Part shown: piece after piece, positions 12,562 to 25,533 of the stretch
Layout: each line of letters opens with the position of its first letter
Position numbering within the stretch: the first letter of the stretch is position 1
Source: Mobula hypostoma
Lineage: Eukaryota
Length of the DNA stretch: 64,000 nt
NCBI RefSeq assembly: GCF_963921235.1
Contig: NC_086097.1
Span: 76,944,001-77,008,000 of the forward strand
Direction: 5' to 3'
Translations under genes and position numbers: made by a program
Notes under the pieces: generated by a model
What the model was told of the DNA's origin: nothing
Seen by the model: only the letters and a program-made list of their open reading frames with translations
The model's database searches: none

Positions 12562-12668
12562 AAATCCACAACTGCATCAGAAGAGGAGGAGGAAGAGTCC
12601 GAGAAGACACCTGACCCACTTCATCAGCTTATACTACACTTCAGTCGTACTGCCCTCACTGAACGAAG
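12562..12668 (+). CDS. RYR3: RYR3 exon ([36 protein letters not shown])
   Basis: ttag acceptor, gtac donor, 107 nt, phase 0 to 2; [15 protein letters not shown] motif. Confidence 0.92.
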
Positions 12669-12859
12669 GTACAATAAGGAACTTGCTCTACTTTTGTAAA
12701 GTAATCTATATTGATGTTATAAAAGGTAGCTGAATTGGAAATTAGGGGGAAATACTTCTGTGTTCAGGGAATTTATAAATGTGTCTTCTGTTATGTTGCC
12801 CACTGTTCTTTGAGCTTGTAATAAGATAATCTCTCATGCAGTGTATTCAGCAATGTAAG

Positions 12860-14360
12860 AAATAAGAAATAGAAGCATAAATAGATGATTAGTTCCATTG
12901 AACCTGCCTCATCTTCCAAAACGTTATGCTGGATCCTTTGCCTCAATTCAAATTTCTTATTCGTTCCCATTTTCCTAATTCATCAAAATATTGATCTCAA
13001 CAGCTGAGGTAAAAAAATATATATGGTGCACTACCTATTTAGTAAAGAGATTTCTCCTAGTATGATCCTAAGTGATCGATAGTTTGTCCTGATAATGTGG
13101 TCAATAAATTCTGGACCTTACAGTTGGAGGGCACAGCTGCTTAGCATTCAGTCTTGCCACTCCCTCTCAGCATCGTTTGTGCTTCAGTGAGGTTACGGCT
13201 TATTCCTCTAAAACTGCCAAGAGGGTGGGTACATTCTGTACTATCTCTCTCCACTGGACCGGCCTTTCTTCCCTGCAATCAAAATATCAGGAACTCAATG
13301 ACCAGACCTATACTTGCTGATCCAGGTGTGGCCCTGGAGACTTCTTCACTCTTCTCCTACAACCTTGTCACCATGAAGCCCAACATAGTAGGTCAACTGA
13401 TGTAGCTGCCTGTTAATTTTGTGTTCATCCATCCTATTGTTTTAAAATATTCCACTTTTTTACTCCTGCCAAAGTGACTAACCTTGTGCTTCCCCTACAT
13501 TGTACTCCTCCTGCAACCTCAGCCCACGTACTTTATCATTCTGTGTTTCTCTGCATCTCCACTGCAAACTCACTTTCTCACTCTCCTGTTTTACAATATC
13601 TTGTGATGCTAGCAAACCGGAATACATTTCAACCGTTACTAATAAATAGTTGAGGGTTCAGTACTCATCTTTGAAGCATTCCATTGCCATTATGCTCATA
13701 TGCAGCCCATAAACTCCTGAGTTATTATTTTATACAATAAGCTTTTGTCTGTTACTAGATCAAATGTCTTTAACAAATCTATGTATACCACAGCTACTAG
13801 TTTTTCCCTTTGTATCTTAGCTCATTACAAACACAAAGATCCAGGTTATATTTGCCAAACATTAGTTCCATTTATACAATCACGTTAACCCCATTTTAAT
13901 GTATTATGATTTTCAAAGTGTCCAGTTTTCAAATATTTGAATATGTCTAGCAAGATGTTCCATGTTATACTTCTCCTTTGTAGAAGAGATATCCCATTGG
14001 CATCCTTCAAGTCAATTGGCACAGTTTCCAAGTCTAAATAACTTTGGAAAATTGCACAAATGAATCCATTGTCTTTGCAGCCACTTCTGTTAGAACCATA
14101 GGATGTAAGCAATTTGGGTCTGGGGAGCTGTGGTCTTTTTACCCTAATAATGTAACCAGTGCTTTCTCAGATTACAGAAAATTCTTCACACTCATTGAAG
14201 CCTAATTCTTCTCAATATTGTTGTATATTGTTTATATAATGTTCTATGAAGACAAGCTAAGTATGTTCAGTAGTCATCCACTTTATTTCTGCAGTTTAAT
14301 TTAGTCTTGCCTTTGCTTCAAGTGACTCCAGGTTGCATTTTTCATTGGCTTTTTCTGGGA
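12860..14360 (-). mobile_element. Old degenerate CR1 LINE
   Basis: Patchy similarity to CR1 3' UTR and RT; ORF 13885..14112 has IFQSYLDLETVPIDLKDAN. Confidence 0.65.
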
Positions 14361-14365
14361 TATTA

Positions 14366-17300
14366 ACCATATAGCCATATAACAATTACAGCACAGAAAC
14401 AGACCATCTCGGCCCTTCTAGTCCATGCCAAACTCTTACCCTATCCTAGTCCCACCAACCTGCACTCAGCCCATAACCCTCCATTCCTTTCCTGCCCATA
14501 TATCTATCCAATTTAACCTTAAACGACAACATAGAATCTGCCTCAACCACTTCTGCTGGAAGCTCATTCCACACAGCTACCACTCTCTGAATAAAGAAGT
14601 TCCCCCTCATGTTACCCCTAAAATTTTGTCCTCTATTTCTCAACCCATGTCCTCTTGTTTGAATCTTCCCCACTCTCAATGGAAAAAGTCTAACCACGTC
14701 AACTCTATCAAACCCCCTCATAATTTTAAACACCTCTATCAAGTCCCCCCTCAACCTTCTACAATCCAAAGAATAAAGACCTAACTTGTTCAACCTTTCT
14801 CTGTAACTTAGGAGATGAAACCCAGGCAACATTTTAGTAAACCTCCTCTGTACTCCCTCAATTTTATCGACATCTTTCCTATAATTCGGTGACCAGAACT
14901 GTACACAATACTCCCGAATTGGCCTTACCAATGCCTTATACAAATTCAACATTACATCCCAATTCCTATACTCAATGCTCTGATTAATAAAGGCCAGCAA
15001 AGCAAAAGCTTTCTTCACCACCCTATCCACATGAGATTCCATCTTCAGGGAACTATGCACCATCATTCCTAGATCCCTCTGTTCTAAAGCATTCTTTAAT
15101 GCCCTACCATTTACCATGTATGTCCTATTTTGATTAGTCCTACCGAAATGTAGCACCTCACATTTATCAGCATTAAACTCCATCTGCCATCTTTCAGCCC
15201 ACTCTTCTAACTGGCCTAAATCTCTCTGCAAGTTTTGAAAACCTACCTCATCATCCACAACACCACCTATCTTAGTGTCATCTGCATACTTTCTAATCCA
15301 ATTTACCACCCCATCATCCAGATCATTAATATGTATTACAAACAACATTGGACCCAATACAGATCCCTGAGGCACGCCACTACACACCATCCTCTAATCT
15401 GACACACAGTTGTCCACCACTACTCTCTAGCATCTCCCATCCAGCCACTGCTGAATCCATTTTAATACTTCCATATTAATGCCTTATGATTGAACCTTCC
15501 TAACTAACCTTCCGTGTGGAACCTTGTTAAAGGCCTTACTGAAGTCCATATAGACAACATCCACCGTTTTACCCTCATCAACTTTCTTAGTAACCTCTTC
15601 AAAAAATTCAATAAGATTTGTCAAACATGACCTTCTACGCACAAATCCATGTTGACTGTTCCTAATCAGACCCTGTCTATCCAGAAAATTATATATACCA
15701 TCTCTAAGAATACTTTCCATCAATTTACCCACCACTGACGTCAAACTCACAGGCCAATAATTGTGAGGTTTACTCTTAGAACCCTTTTTAAACAATGGAA
15801 CCACATGAGCAATACGCCAATCCTCCGGCACCATTTCCGTTTCTAATGACATTTGAAATATTTCTGTCAGAGCCCCTGCTATTTCTACGCTAACTTCCCT
15901 CAAAGTGCTAGGGAATATCTTGTCTGGACCCAGAGACTTATCCACTTTTATATTCCTTAAAAGTGCCAGTAATTCCTCTTCTTTAATTGTCATACTTTCC
16001 GTAACTATCCTAATTGCTTCCTTTACCTTATACAATTCAATATCTTTCTCCTTAGTGAATACTGAAGAAAAGAAATTGTTCAAAATCTGCCCCATCTCTT
16101 TTGGCTCCGCACATAGCCGTCCACTCTGATTCTCCAAGGGACCAATTTTATTCCTCACTATCCTTTTGCCACTAACATAACTGTAGAAACCCTTTGGATT
16201 TATTTTCACCTTACTTGCCAAAGCAGCCTTGTATCTTCTTTTAGCTCTTCTAATTTCTTTCTCAAGATTCTTTTTACATTCTTTATATTCCTCGAGTACT
16301 TCATTAACTCCAAGCTGCCTATATTTATTGAAGATCCCTCTCTTTTTCTGAACCAAGTTTCTAATATCTCTTGAACCCATGGCTCTCTCAAACTTTTAAC
16401 CTTTCCTTTCAACCTAACAGGAACATAAAGATTCTGAACCCTCAAAATTTCACCTTTAAATGACCTCCATTTCTCTGTTACATCCTTCCCATAAAACAAA
16501 CTTTCCCAATCCACTCCTAAGTCCTTTCGCATCTCCTCAAAGTTAGCCTTTCTACAATCAAAGATCTCCATCATAGGTCCAGTCCTATCCCTCTCCATAA
16601 TTACACTGAAACTAATTGTATTGTGATCACTGGACCCGAAGTGCTCCCCAACAAATACCTCCATCACCTGCCCTGTCTCATTCCCTAACAGGAGATCCAA
16701 CATTGCCCCTTCTCTAGTTGGTACCTCTATGTATTGCTTCAAAAAACTATCCTGCGCACATTTTACAAACTCCAAACTATCCAGCCCTTTTACAGAATGG
16801 GCTTTCCAGTCTATGTGTGGAAAATTAAAATCTCCCACAATCACAACCTTGTGCTTACTACAAATATCTGCTGTCTCCTTACAAATTTGCTCCTCCAGTT
16901 CTCGGTCCCCATTAGGTGGTCTATAATACACCCCTATAAGCGTCACAACACCTTTCCTATTCCTCAATTCCACCCAAATAGCCTCCCTAGATGAGTCCAC
17001 TAATCTATCCTGCCAGAGCACCGCTGTTATATAATCTCTGACAAGCAATGCAACACCTCCCCCTCTTGCCCCTCCTATTCTATCACACCTGAAGCAACGA
17101 AATCCTGGAATATTTAGTTGCCAGTCACACCCCTCCTGCAACCATGTTTCACTAATAGCTACAACGTCATATTTCCATGTATCAATCTATGCTCAAGTTC
17201 ATCCACCTTTCTTACAATGCTCCTGGCATTAAAACTGATGCATTTAAGAAACTCTCCACCTCCCACTCTCTGTTTATCCTTAATTGAGCAAACAACTTTG

Positions 17301-17630
17301 TTATCTTCTTCGTCTTTTTCCCCTACATCAACCTCCCTTCTCCTAGTCTCCTTAATTTGATTCCCTCCCCCTAACCATTCTAGTCTAAAGTCACCTCAGT
17401 AGCCCTCGCAAATCTCCCCACCAGGATATTGGTCCCCCTATGATTCAAGTGTAACCCGTCCCCTTTGTACAGGTCATGCCTGCGCCAATAGTGGTCCCAA
17501 TGATCCAAAAACCTGAATCTCTGCCCCTTGCTCCAATCTCTCAGCCACGCATTTATCCTACATCTCATTGCATTCCTACTCTCACTGTCGCGTAGCACAG
17601 GCAGTAATCCCAAGATTACTACCTTTGTTG
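14366..17630 (-). mobile_element. Relatively young CR1 LINE: 3' end of ORF1 (SGNH esterase) and near-complete but disabled ORF2 (APE endonuclease + RT)
   Basis: ORF1 DGLHLNHRG (17380..17613). APE: GVYYRPP, VGDFN, SDH. RT: QHGF, DFSKAF, GVPQGSVLGP, YADD. One frameshift near 16380 and three in-frame stops in 15391-15486. Confidence 0.95.
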
Positions 17631-17987
17631 TCAGAACAACTAAATTCCTTTGATAATATTTGATTTGAGACTGAGAGCCTACCTCAACATTATACTGAAA
17701 TTTTCAAATTATAGTCATTTTCTTCCCCAATTATTTGTGCTGCTCAGTCATGAACCCAAACTGTGGTTCAATAAGCTGTTCCAAGGTGAGGAAGGAAGTG
17801 ATGCCAATAGCCAACAAGTATGAACTCAATTTCAGAAAAGAGGCTTGTAACTGCCATTCCCATTTCTTCTCGTTTCATGAGATTGTGCTGAAAGTGATGA
17901 ATACTTTGTTCTTCACATCGTAAACTTTTGCTTCTTTTCCTGACCTAAAATCTGAGATATCAGTGTCGCTGAATGTTTGCAAAATGT

Positions 17988-18145
17988 CATCACAAAGTGC
18001 TGGAGGAACTCAGCAGGCCGGGCAGGTTCTGATCAAGGGACTCAGACTCTTTTTCCATAAGTTCGACCTGGACTGCTGAGTTCCTCCAGCACTTTGTGTG
18101 TGTTTCTTGGGCTTCCAGCATCAGCAGATTTTCTCTTGTTTGTGA
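17988..18145. mobile_element. Miniature Penelope-derived fold-back
   Basis: CACAAAGTGCTGGAGGAACTCAGCAG ... CTGCTGAGTTCCTCCAGCACTTTGTG inverted arms plus a one-sided CCAGCATC.GCAGATTT tail. Confidence 0.8.
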
Positions 18146-18278
18146 ATCTTCTACTGTTTATAAGATTCTATTTATATGATTATGTTAACCAAAAGTATCC
18201 AGTTTTTATCAGAAGTTGTATGCAATAAAATATGACTACAATGCAGAATTAATTAATCCCTATTTCACCTGTTTGCAG

Positions 18279-18330
18279 TGCAATTGGAGAGGACCCTTTA
18301 TACCTTGCATATGCTGACATGATGGCAAAG
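18279..18330 (+). CDS. RYR3: RYR3 exon (S-AIGEDPLYLAYADMMAK)
   Basis: tttgcag acceptor, gtaagc donor, 52 nt, phase 2 to 0. Confidence 0.93.
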
Positions 18331-18891
18331 GTAAGCTCTCTGGAGTGTTGGAGAAGTAAAGTGTTTCTTTGGCTAAAGCCATACTGTTCAAACTATTCCT
18401 ACGTCCCGTTTTGTTCACCATTATACAGATGACAGGGTGCAAAGGAAAGTCACCAATAGTCATCCTCTAGCTTCTATTAGATGAAGAAAAGGGGCGGAAA
18501 TGAACAGACACTTGGATTATGGTGGAAACAAAATTAAATATCAATTGTGAAAAGGTGCACACTATCCTAATGATGACAATTTAGAGCCAAGCCACAACAA
18601 GGAGACTAACAAAGGCTTTACTCAGCTTTAGTCAATGGAGCTGAGTGTAATGATTAAAATATGAATAGCAAAAGCCCTGAATAGGAATGAATTCTGAAGG
18701 GAAATGTAAATAAAATGATTTGTTTTTTGTAAATCTACTAAGTATTTTGGAATCTACTAAGGTTAGAAATGATAATGCTAATGAAACCAATGCTTTTTTT
18801 TTTGCAAACTTTCTTTAACAAAGACATCACAATGCTTGACTGGTTTGCTGAGCAAAAATACCTAATTTTAATCTTTTGGTTCAATGCTTAG

Positions 18892-18942
18892 AGCTGCCAT
18901 GTTACTGAGGAAGAAGATGAAGAAAAAGAAAAAAGTTTTGAA
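18892..18942 (+). CDS. RYR3: RYR3 exon (SCHVTEEEDEEKEKSFE)
   Basis: ttag acceptor, gtaagt donor, 51 nt, phase 0 to 0; SCH...SFE as in RyRs. Confidence 0.92.
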
Positions 18943-19170
18943 GTAAGTTGATAAAAGCAAGTTGTCAAAAATTGAGCTTGTTCATTCTGCAAAATTGCCT
19001 AATTCTTTAAAATAATATGCTTTTGTTGTGCTAAAAATAGACAATAATGTCAGTGATATTGGAGTATGAAAAGGTTTGTAGTAATGTACAATGGACTCTG
19101 CTATTGTGGGCATCAAAATCCTGAGTCTTTGAGTTCCCAAGACATTTCTCCACGACGTGTTAATCAACAG

Positions 19171-20274
19171 TAGTGGTTGCCAACCGGTTAAAAGTGATCG
19201 ACCGGTCGATCTTTGAGACTTTCCCAGTAGATCCCAAAAAAAATGAAAAATAAATAAATACACAAATACCGTTGTAATGTGAACATTATAAAAATAAGTA
19301 ATACTAATTAGGATAAAGGTAATATAACAATACTCCAGCTACGGAAAGCTGTTTGTAAAGAGAGGTTATTTCCGGGTTGCGGGGTTTTAGTTCCGTTCTT
19401 TCTGCCCTGTGCGCTTGTGTGTATAGCTCCCCCACCATGCACCATGGTAGAAAAGACCGGAAGTAAAACCCTGCAACCCGGAAGCAACCTCTCTTTACAA
19501 ACAGCTTTCCATAGCCGCGTAGCAGGAGTATTGCTATATTACCATTATCCTAATTTGTATTAACTTATCTTTATAATGTTCACATTACAACACTTCTCTC
19601 CCTTTAAATTCCAACATTCCCCAAATGTAAGTAACTAGGAAACAAAAAAACAGTGGTGTCATTATCTTGCGTACCTCTGAAACTTATACTAGTGTCTCAA
19701 TAACAGCTTACCTATTCAAAACACCCGAAAAACATGGCAGATTCAACATTCAGTCTAACAAAGGAAACTGTCCATTCAAATATTAGTCTGTCAGGAGGTT
19801 TGCGAGGGCGCTGTGCTGCAGCAGATGAAAATTATGAAATCTAAGTACAGGAGCTGCCTTACTGACAGACACCTCACAGACTGTCTCAGACTGGCTGCCT
19901 GTAGTTATGAGCCAAATTTCAGGGAACTAGCAGAAAGTATTCGGCTCCAGTCATCACACTGAGTACAACAGTCCATTTTTATTCATTTATTTTTTGTGTT
20001 GAAATAAAATTAAATAATGAAACACAGAACTAAAGGTGTTGTAATGTGAGCATTATAAAAATCAGTAATACTAATTAAGATAATGGTAATATAGCAATAC
20101 TCCCGCTATGGAAAGCCGTTTGTAAAGAGAGGTTGTTTCCGGGTTGCGGGGTTTTACTTCCAGTCTTTTCTGCCCAGTATGCATGCGTGTGACTAATTGA
20201 TTTAATAGGTCGATCTTGCCTTTCAATAAGGTCGAGGTAGGGAATCTTAGGCTTAAAATGGTTGGAGACCACTA
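19171..20274 (+). mobile_element. Non-autonomous hAT (Charlie/GTF2IRD2-like) DNA transposon containing Gypsy-like LTR pieces
   Basis: 15-bp TIRs TAGTGGTTGCCAACC / GGTTGGAGACCACTA; 8-bp flanks ATCAACAG / ATATACAG. Transposase C-terminal remnant at 19825-19962: MKIMKSKYRSCLTDRHLTDCLRLAACSYEPNFRELAESIRLQSSH*. Confidence 0.85.
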
Positions 20275-21349
20275 ATATACAGTTTATGCAAAACAAAACT
20301 GAAGCAATTATCCCAGTGTAGTGACAGAAAACCAACCCATTCAATTAAATGCTGTGATGAATATCACTCAATTGTTTAGAAAATGCATTGCACCTTTATA
20401 ATTCTAAACAGATGCTACAGTTGGCGCTATTAACTAGTCAGATGTCCTGCAAAAAAAAATACTCATGAACGTGGTATTTCAAAAAAATTTTAGATTGGTT
20501 TTCAGCAAAAATGGTGCCGATGTGGACCCCACTAACAGTTGCAAGAGGGTTCCGGACTGATTGAAAATCACTGATTTGCTGAACCCTGGGGAGAGCAATT
20601 CATTGTGATGGCCACTGTAGAACAGGAAAACATGGGAGAGCATAAAACAGCAACCTGCACTGTGTGGCCACCCTTAGCATGATAGTCTGGCTGAAATATC
20701 TGAAGGCATGTTTGGCCTCATGACACTTACGGATGTGTGTGTATTGGTCTACTTAAATCATCAGTAATATGGTAGTTAAAGCCCACACTTCTTTACATTT
20801 GGTCTGTGTACCTCACAGTCAAAATGGGAGAAGGCTTTAATGGAATACCAAATGTTATCATTTTATTTACATTACATTGATCACAGTAAGTTCTTTATGA
20901 GAAAATAAGGTTTATGTCACAGGTTTGTTAAACTATAGTCCATTAGTTTGATTGCCCAAGGGAAGCTAATCAAACAGGATATATTAGGGGTGATTATGCA
21001 AAGTGACGATAGCATTGTACATCTGCCCCTTACTGTCAAATCAGTTCATGGAACACAACCTCAACAGTTCTCTCCAATTCATTTTGTTCTGGAAGCTTTG
21101 GGGATTGAGAGCTGACATTTTGAGAACACATTTTGAAGCCCCTTGTGAAAATTTAGAAGTTATTTTAAAATGAGTAAGTTTTAAAAATATATCCTGAATT
21201 TTGTTTGCAATGGTACAGATAAAAATATTTTGTGTTATATTTCCCTTTCATTAGGAATTATTACAAACTGTATTCTCAAATATCCCCTTTAAAAGCTGCA
21301 TATTTCCTGGCAATGTACATTAAAATTGATTGTATTTGTGTTCCACAAG

Positions 21350-21449
21350 GAAAAGGAATTGGAGAAACAAATGACACTTTACCAGCAAGCAAGGCTTCAC
21401 CAACGTGCCGCAGCCGAGATGGTTCTGCAGATGATTAGTGCAAGCAAAG
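21350..21449 (+). CDS. RYR3: RYR3 exon ([34 protein letters not shown])
   Basis: aag acceptor, gtaga donor, 100 nt, phase 0 to 1. Confidence 0.95.
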
Positions 21450-21653
21450 GTAGAATATAACCATGGTAACATGACACCAAGCCAGATTATTTACCAACTG
21501 GCTGTACTTTTCCATATTGCTAAAGCACTTATGAATATAGATTGTGTTTTGTGGTTGAAGTACAAGGAATGGATGGACACAATTTTGTATTAATTTAACT
21601 ATTCTATCTTTGTCTTTGCCATTGTCCTTCATAACTTTATATTATTTTAACAG

Positions 21654-21733
21654 GTGTATTAAGCCCCATGGTGACCACAAGCTTGAAGCTAGGTATTGCC
21701 ATTCTCAATGGTGGTAACCCTGATGTCCAGCGG
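21654..21733 (+). CDS. RYR3: RYR3 exon (G-VLSPMVTTSLKLGIAILNGGNPDVQR)
   Basis: aacag acceptor, gtaaat donor, 80 nt, phase 1 to 0; LKLGIAILNGGN motif. Confidence 0.95.
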
Positions 21734-22049
21734 GTAAATCAATATTTGCAATTAAAGCCTCTGTGCTAGTTTGAATAAAATTTGGGAAAAAAAACTATCT
21801 TGTTTATAAGTAGGCTGACTTATTTATCTGTGCACAAAAACTATTATTTTTAAGACATTAATTAAGGTATAAAATATAAAGCAAATTAGCTGTGAAGTTG
21901 GCTCTAACCCTATCACTGCACTGGTAGGAATGATAAAATACGGAAGGAAACTACTAATTGCATTTATTTAGCATAGGCTATGGAGATGAATAAAAAAACA
22001 CACCATATTTGCGAATTACTTAACACATAGCCAAATACTTTTTCTTTAG

Positions 22050-22126
22050 AAAATGTTGGACTATTTGAAAGAGAAGAAGGAAAGTGGCTTTTTCAGGAGT
22101 CTGTCTGGATTAATGCGATCCTGCAG
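22050..22126 (+). CDS. RYR3: RYR3 exon (KMLDYLKEKKESGFFRSLSGLMRSC-S)
   Basis: tttctttag acceptor, gtaaac donor, 77 nt, phase 0 to 2. Confidence 0.95.
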
Positions 22127-22929
22127 GTAAACGAACAAAGTTAGCTAAATATTCATGGGGTTGTGTTGAATTTGCAATCACCTTTCTGTAGGTTTATTAG
22201 TTTGTATATATTCCTGCTTATTCACGCAATTCTGAAGATTTTGTTCTCTGAGTAAAGGTAGGATTGCACCTGGATGGTTTTAGCATATCTATTATTCATT
22301 GTCTATTTTTTTCCTGAAAATATTGCTGTGGAACTTTTAGTACCACAGTGCAGTAATTTGACACATTTTAAGTGTTCTGTAGAACCTTACAGGGTATTAA
22401 AAGTCATTTATATTGGTGAAGTGTGTAGCACGCCTTTGGACCACTCGCCCATTTGTTATCAGTTCTGGTGGTACTTTGCAGTAGTAGTTTAAAACATTCC
22501 AAACTGCTGAGATTTGTAATTATATGCTGTAGATTAATGGTGCCAGAGCATGAAAGCGACATTGTAATTCATAATCATGACAGTTTCACAATAGATAGAG
22601 TATCAACAGATGTGCAACCATGTTCAGAATTTCCCTGAAATGCAGAGGTTCTGAAAGTGATGTTTCATAATTTAAAAATACTCCACAGATTAATATTTCC
22701 TTGGAATTTACATATCATCACATCACAAATTGTAGCATTTGTTTTGCATAACCAGGCCAAAAATCACAAGGTATTCTATTTGAGTAACAATATCAATCAC
22801 CATCAATATAGCTCCTTTAAAATATAAAATTTTGTGCTGGCTGATAATCTATACAAGCCCCCTGTTTAAGAATGTGAATGTGATTTATTTGCATAAGGAA
22901 ACATGATAAAAATGTTTCTAAAGTAAAAG

Positions 22930-23780
22930 TGTTTAAAAGCAGTTGGCATGCTGGTTTTAGTAACAAGCGGGTTTATTAATTTTCAGCTGGTGTGTGAGAC
23001 AGAGTTAATATTTTAGGTCAGAACCAGGTAATGTTAGAAAATAGAAGATACTTTAAATTGCATAGAAAGGGGAAGAGTGAAAAGAACAAATGGAATGACT
23101 TTGATACAGTAGCAACATAGAGACAGCAGGTAACTTAATTCTATGTCAGTTCTGAAAAGGTGAACAAGGCTTGATAATGGCAGCTAATCTATCTGGAAAA
23201 GATGTAAATAGAGTGAGCTGAACAGGAAGAGTGGACAGGAGAAACATATGCAGGAAATGCCAAGTACTGGATGCAGAAGTTGTCAGAAACCTGGAGTAAA
23301 TGGGAATGTCAGAAAAGACCAGGAGATTAGTTGGTAGGTGTGGAGGGAAAATAAAGCTGAGCTGATGTTACCTCTAAGCTGACCTGCTCTGATGCAAGAA
23401 AGGCTGATGATCCGAAATTGTCCCATTCAATGCTGAATTCCAACAGAAGGCCTAGTTGGAAAATGAACCACTACAATTCCTTGAGCCTAGATTGGAGTTT
23501 ATTGAAAAACTATCACAGGCCAATCACAAAAGACCCAGAATGGTAGTAATAGAGCAATAAAGTGACAGGCAACTGCAAGCTTAGGGTCAGGCTTCTATAT
23601 TTAATAGCAAAGATATCCTGCAAACCTGTCACTCAATCCACATTTGTTTTTTCCAATGCAGAGCAGAGATGACCTCTGTTTCTTTCTCCACAGATGCTTC
23701 CTGGCCTGCAGAGTATTTTAAAAAAATCTTATCTTTCTATCTCATATTCTTAGCATATGTAGTTTTACTTTTCAGTTTAT
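22930..23780. mobile_element. Ancient, heavily decayed Penelope-like remnant
   Basis: Purine-rich arm, minus-strand resemblance to the GIY-YIG C-terminus, and terminal TCTCCACAGATGCTTCCTGGCCTGCAGAGTATTT like the other fold-backs. Confidence 0.5.
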
Positions 23781-24201
23781 TAATATCCTTTGGTTTTGAG
23801 GGAAGACAGCGTGCCTACAGAAAATAATGTATGTGTTACCATCTTGATATGTTTGTGTGACCAAATTTCTCCCATAGTGACCATTTAGCTTCAGCAGATG
23901 AAGAGGGCATCCCAACACAATTTCAGGCTAATGAGAGATGTGCAATAAAATTGTTGTGACCTTCAAAAACTAAATAATACAAATATCTCAGCCAACCAAG
24001 TATAATCTTGGACAAAGAAGACCTATGAAATATGAATTGGGATGAAGCAGATACACTAGAGGGTTTTTTTGAAAATCCCATCTCTGTGCTATCTACTGTT
24101 AACTTAGTTATATTTTATTTCAATGTGATCTTTAATGTGGTGATATATTGAATATCATTTAACGAACAGTCCAGTCTAATAATTACTCAATCTCCCCATA
24201 A

Positions 24202-24402
<201 letters not shown>

Positions 24403-24587
24403 TAAGTTTTGTAATTGTACCTTCATTATTTTATAACTATGACATTCTCATTGTTGAATGTAACTTGTCTTTCAAGTTCATATTGTTATGACTAATGTTT
24501 TGTTATTTTATTTGGGATAATTTAATAATAAATCATTTACTCAGATTCTTTTCTCCTCCCTCGAACCTTTAAACCATTGATCCACAG

Positions 24588-24605
24588 TCGTTGTTCGTGA
24601 ACATG
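24588..24605 (+). CDS. RYR3: RYR3 18-nt microexon (LVVREH)
   Basis: Pyrimidine tract then ccacag acceptor, gtaaat donor, symmetric phase 1 to 1; resembles mammalian RYR3 LIVRER (recalled). Confidence 0.85.
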
Positions 24606-25260
24606 GTAAATACATGGTTTGGATATTTTTGAATGCAAACTGACTAAATGTGCACCAGAAAAAGTACTAATACAATATTAATATTTTTTAAAATTTGGAA
24701 TTATCACCCTTTAATAGCCAATGGATGTTAATAGAGAGTTTTTTTCTGGTCTATTGAAAATGCTTATTTTGTGACTTGCATTGAATATAATTTGAAAATG
24801 CTTGTTTGTTAGAATTCTTACAGACAACAACTGATGTTTGTCAATGAGGAATGCATTTTAAAATAAATCAAATAGAAAGGTTATGATTTTCTTAACATGG
24901 TTTGATTTAATTTTAAATCCTTGTGGATGCTGTTCGGATGCACTTTAGAACTTTGTGTGTGTGTGTTTTTAACAGCATCAATTTTCAAAGTGTGTATTTG
25001 CATTAGATTTGCACTTGTTTTTATTGTTGTTTATTGATACACATAAGAAAGTCAATAATTTAAGTCTGTGTGGGAATATACATGAAAATGTTTAAAATTG
25101 ACTATATAATCTAAGATGTGCTCGTTCACCCAATGTTCTAACACAAAAAAAAGCTTGAAAATAAAAATGAGAACACAACTTAAAATAATGTGATGTATAG
25201 TAATTTTATCTTTATTTTTATTAATTTTATCATGTGAGGTTGTGAATATTCAACATTTAT

Positions 25261-25533
25261 TAAGCCCTGATTACAAATGGGTTCTATACTGGTGTGCTAA
25301 GCGTAAATATATGTTTAACAGTACGCTTCTCATTTTTCTTCAACCTTGCCAGCTGACAAGGTGTTGCAGAATGATGAATTTACTCGGGATTTGTTTCGGT
25401 TTTTGCAACTGCTGTGTGAGGGACATAATGATGGTAAGTTCAGTTCATCTGTGAGCTGGCATGCATCAAAATGAGCTCAAGTACTTGAAAGTAGTGGAGA
25501 TACAAAAGTAAGCCGTGATTACAAATGGGTTCT
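25261..25533. repeat. 25-nt direct repeat pair flanking an RYR3 exon
   Basis: TAAGCCCTGATTACAAATGGGTTCT (25261-25285) and TAAGCCGTGATTACAAATGGGTTCT (25509-25533), 24/25 identical. Confidence 0.9.
25353..25433 (+). CDS. RYR3: RYR3 exon ([27 protein letters not shown])
   Basis: gccag acceptor, gtaagt donor, 81 nt, phase 1 to 1; LCEGHN carries the Ca2+-site Glu and His (RyR1 E3893/H3895 equivalents). Confidence 0.96.
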
